Below, piece by piece: positions 60,448-64,000 of a stretch of 64,000 nt of DNA. How positions within the stretch are numbered: position 1 is the first letter of the stretch; the number at the start of each line of letters is the position of its first letter. Below the pieces are notes generated by a model. It was not told the DNA's origin, did not search any database, and saw only the letters and a program-made list of their open reading frames with translations. This DNA is from Felis catus (taxonomy: Eukaryota): contig NC_058368.1 in the NCBI RefSeq assembly GCF_018350175.1, positions 65,908,001-65,972,000 of the forward strand, in the 5' to 3' direction. The position numbers and the translations under genes were made by a program.

Positions 60448-61809
60448 AGCCCCGTGGAATTTTAGGGTTGAAAGACATATAAGCAGCTGGTTAAATTTGC
60501 TCCACAAATAAGCCATTTATCTAAGGAGAAAAAGCAAAGAATATTCTAGAAATAGTCTTCTAGGCCACCAAGGACAGTTTTGTGTATGGATTAAAGGTAA
60601 TGTACCCCCATAATATTCTAACATCTCCCTAGGCAGGAAAACTTCAGAAGCCCCAAGTGAATTACATATTAATAATTTGTATTTTCCCATATATAAGGGT
60701 AAAAATTGCTTGGGGCTATAACTTGTAGCTTTCAATTTGCATCTTCATTGCACCAGGGAAAGCTGCTATGTGACACATATGTTTGACTATCCTCGCTGAA
60801 AATAAAGTAGTATGAGTTTAATTCTATTGGCAAGAGACCAGCTTTCCATAATTTTAGCCTAGTGAATCGTTATGGGCCATAATTCAAATTTAATGATCTG
60901 ACTCATTGAAATGATAAGATCCCAGCTTTGGGCAGGCATATTGTTGCTTCTCATCGGAAAGTCTATTATTTTACATGTCAGGTACTCCCTCCCCTTTCCC
61001 ATGCACCTTCAAATAGAAGGCAGATGCTGTCATCTGGCCCTAACCAGGGCAAATGATTGAGTCACTAGAGCTTATGTGAACACGTGTGGTTCTGTATTTG
61101 AATCTAGTGAGCCTATCGCTAATGACGCTGTACAGTTCAGAGATTTCACTGTTGACAAAGACCATATGTTCCCCCAGCAGCTTCCTGTGTAATGTTCTGT
61201 TTACTGTATATTCAGCAGAGGATTTGAACAGCTTTACCTGGAGCAAAATATTCTATCCACAGGCTGTTCTACGTGATGTGCTGTACGAAATAGATAAATG
61301 TTTCTAAAATTAGTGAGAAGTGAGTTCTCTCACTAAGACAGTCTTGAATGCGATAACTTTGCTCCTAAGACATATAATCTGTTAGCCTGTCTGTGGACAC
61401 CAAAAGAGAATTCTGTTGAATCTCACATTAAACAAAACTCATAAAAAACTAAGACTGATTTTTAAATCGTAGCCAAATGGCTCTTGTTGAAGACAAAGAT
61501 GATAAATAATTACTTTATTTCTTCTACCTACTTATCATCAGGAAAATCATCTCTTACTTCCTCATTGACGTCTTGTTATCAAACCTCTTGAGGTTACCTT
61601 GGTTATAGTCTTTCACTTAGAAAGCAGAGTAGTTAAATGAGACCAATTTGATTGACCAGAAAATACTAAATTAATATGACAGGTTCCGTAGGCAGTTTGT
61701 TTCCCCGCCCTACTGTTTGGACTATTCAGGAACCAAATGCATGCAAAATTTGAATGCCTAGCAGTTAAGAGAACACACCTCCCCTCAAAAAAAAAATGCA
61801 TCAGGATAA

Positions 61810-62005
61810 ACTCCTGGATTCGCTACATAGTAAAAATGTGCTTTGGCAAGTCACTTAATTTTTCTTAGCCTCAGTTTCCTTCTTTGCAAAAAAAAAAAAG
61901 GGGGATGATAACACTATCTACTTTCTTTGATAACTGCAAAGGTTAAATGGAATAATTCATTCAAGCACTTGACACAATTCTTGATGTGTAAGCAATGAAC
62001 AAATA
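61810..62005 (+). mobile_element. MIR SINE relic
   Basis: 'atgtgtgctttggcaagtcacttaatttttcttagcctcagtttccttctttgcaaaa...ggggatgataacactatctac'. Confidence 0.8.
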
Positions 62006-63027
62006 CAAAGTTTTATTAAATCCAGTTGATTTATTTTTTGATCTGTTAATGAACTGTATTATTACTCAAACTTCCAGTTTTATCCCTGGAAGCATCCATC
62101 AATTAGACCCAACTGAAAACTGAGGGGATGGAGGTTAGAATCTAGAAGTGTTTTGAAATTAATCGTATTATAATACTTTGAGATGATCTGTTTCTTATTT
62201 CTTTTACAAAGTATGGGCAATTCTTTGGATTTGGCTCCTTTGTTCACTAATTGTTAAAGACTCTTATAGGTAAAGGCCCAACTTTCAAGGACCCTGTGCA
62301 ACCAGGAACAACTCCCAGAGCTGGCCAGTTCAATTGCACCCCCCTCCCCAACCTGGCAGAATAAACTTAACATAAACTGGACAATGGGAGCATAAGTAGA
62401 GAGCCATCTTGATTACCATAATTCTAGATCCTGAAAAATTAAACCCCAAAGAGAAACGAAATGTTCTTTTATGGTTTTCTTGAAAGACCAGTGTGCTAAT
62501 GAAGGTATTTATGTATTTATCTCTATCACAACATGGATTTTAGGGTTTCTTTGTCTTGTTTTAATGAAAGAGGAATATATGAAGTGCAGCTCTTCTTTGT
62601 AGTTGCTGGCAGGATAATACAGTAATCACAGAGATGGTTGTGATGAAACTTGGTACCTCAAGTAGTAAATTAAGGAGCTTACACAGTAGTGGTTTAGGTT
62701 CACATACTACTAGCAACAGTAATAAGGAAAATGAGGAAGAAAGATTGTCAAACCTTCATCTGTTGCAGATTGACAAGGCCCGTAAATAACTAGAGTTGCT
62801 CCAAATAGTACATTTTCTATCTTCACTCAACCAAAGCTTGCAGATGATCATTTTCTGGAGCCTAGTTCTGAGACATGACAATGGTCCGGAGAAAGATAAT
62901 TCTGTGCAAGTCATCAAGGTAGGCAGAAATAAATAAGAAAAGAAGATTCATTTTGCCTGTGAGTATTTCAGAAAGAATTTTCTTTACTGAGATATCCTGA
63001 GAGCTTTCTGCTTGTTCTCTGTGTAAG

Positions 63028-63029
<2 letters not shown>

Positions 63030-63074
<45 letters not shown>
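63030..63074. repeat. (TG)n microsatellite
   Basis: Directly visible. Confidence 0.97.
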
Positions 63075-63077
<3 letters not shown>

Positions 63078-63841
63078 CAGAAATGTACATATTTACGTAT
63101 GTATGTATTTGTTAAATTACAGGTCCTAGAGACAGTAGGACATGTTTCTACTTTATCCTGGGTGTTACCTTCTCAGTGCTAGTGAAGCTTTCATGAGGAA
63201 GAAAACACTGTGTTCTCTGGAGTGTGCTTGTCATTGACAATCTCCTCACCCCTGTGGATACTTCAAAAAGTTATGTCAAGTCCTCAACGTACATCTACAA
63301 GGGTTTTGCTTTTATGATTCAGACCTGGCCCTTTTAGTGCTTGCCTTTCAGGTCAAAAGCCAGAAAGTCAGCCTCTCCAGAAGGCTGATTCACACTTGAA
63401 CTTCAGATTTATGACCACTAGACTTGATTTTTAGAACCATTTTTATCCAAGTAGATACTGTTTATTCTGTGGACGGTGATCTTAATTTCCACCATATCCG
63501 TATATCTTGTATCAAAGTATACAACTTTGCTATCCATGTTGTTGCTGTTGATGATGTATTTATTTGAGAATGTTAACGAGATTGTTCTCAAGTAGAAAAT
63601 AGCATCAGTTTAATGTAATTTTTTGAAAATCTCTAATCAATATTTTTCAGACAATGAGAGAATCCTGACAATATACAAACTGTATTCCCGAACATATGAT
63701 ACTGTTTTGGAACTCAGGATCTACTATTTGCATTATATTTATTATTTGTCCATTCTATACCAGGCATTTGTTGGAAGTGCAGAAATTACAAAGCAAAAAG
63801 GAACTAGACCTTCTTGCCCTCACTGAGTTTAGAGTCTAATT

Positions 63842-64000
63842 CAATGCTGTCCAATAGAAATATAATGCAAGCCACACTTATAATGGGAAAACTTTTAATA
63901 GCCACATTAAATAAAGTAAAAGGGAACAGGTCATATTAATTTTCATAATACATACTTTCTTTAATATATCCAAAATATTATAAAATCAGTATGCAAACAA
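63842..64000 (+). mobile_element. MER33-like hAT MITE (runs off the window end)
   Basis: 'caatgctgtccaatagaaatataatgcaagccaca...tagccacattaaataaagtaaaagggaacagg...tatccaaaatatt'. Confidence 0.85.

Noticed and set aside
1..64000. Prokaryotic-type systems (CRISPR array, operon, defence island, prophage)
   Set aside because: The sequence is mammalian repeat-rich DNA with no gene-dense region and no repeat-spacer array. The direct repeats present are TSDs or two-copy duplications.

Overview
This is eukaryotic, AT-rich, non-coding mammalian DNA (intron or intergenic), almost certainly from a felid. The CpG-rich SINE at 42560-42766 matches the felid Can-SINE (SINEC_Fc-type) as I recall it, and about 18 Can-SINEs are present, most with readable target-site duplications (TSDs). 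Other repeats include L1 fragments, MaLR (MLT1) solo LTRs, hAT and Tc1/mariner MITEs (MER58A, MER20 x2, MER33, MER82), MIR and L2 relics, and many microsatellites. I cannot support any protein-coding gene, RNA gene, CRISPR array or prokaryotic system. The ORFs in the track are repeat-derived or look like chance frames. I found no convincing previously undescribed system. The most notable observations are: a compact NF-kB/GAS/TCF/AP-1/ETS-IRF motif cluster at about 41.4-41.6 kb; a dispersed ~100-bp duplication at 51.1/51.6 kb; several multi-layer nested insertions with reconstructable order; a MER82 carrying MIR-like sequence; and several recent perfect tandem duplications. Repeat family names come from recalled consensus sequences, not a database search, and boundaries of old elements are approximate.
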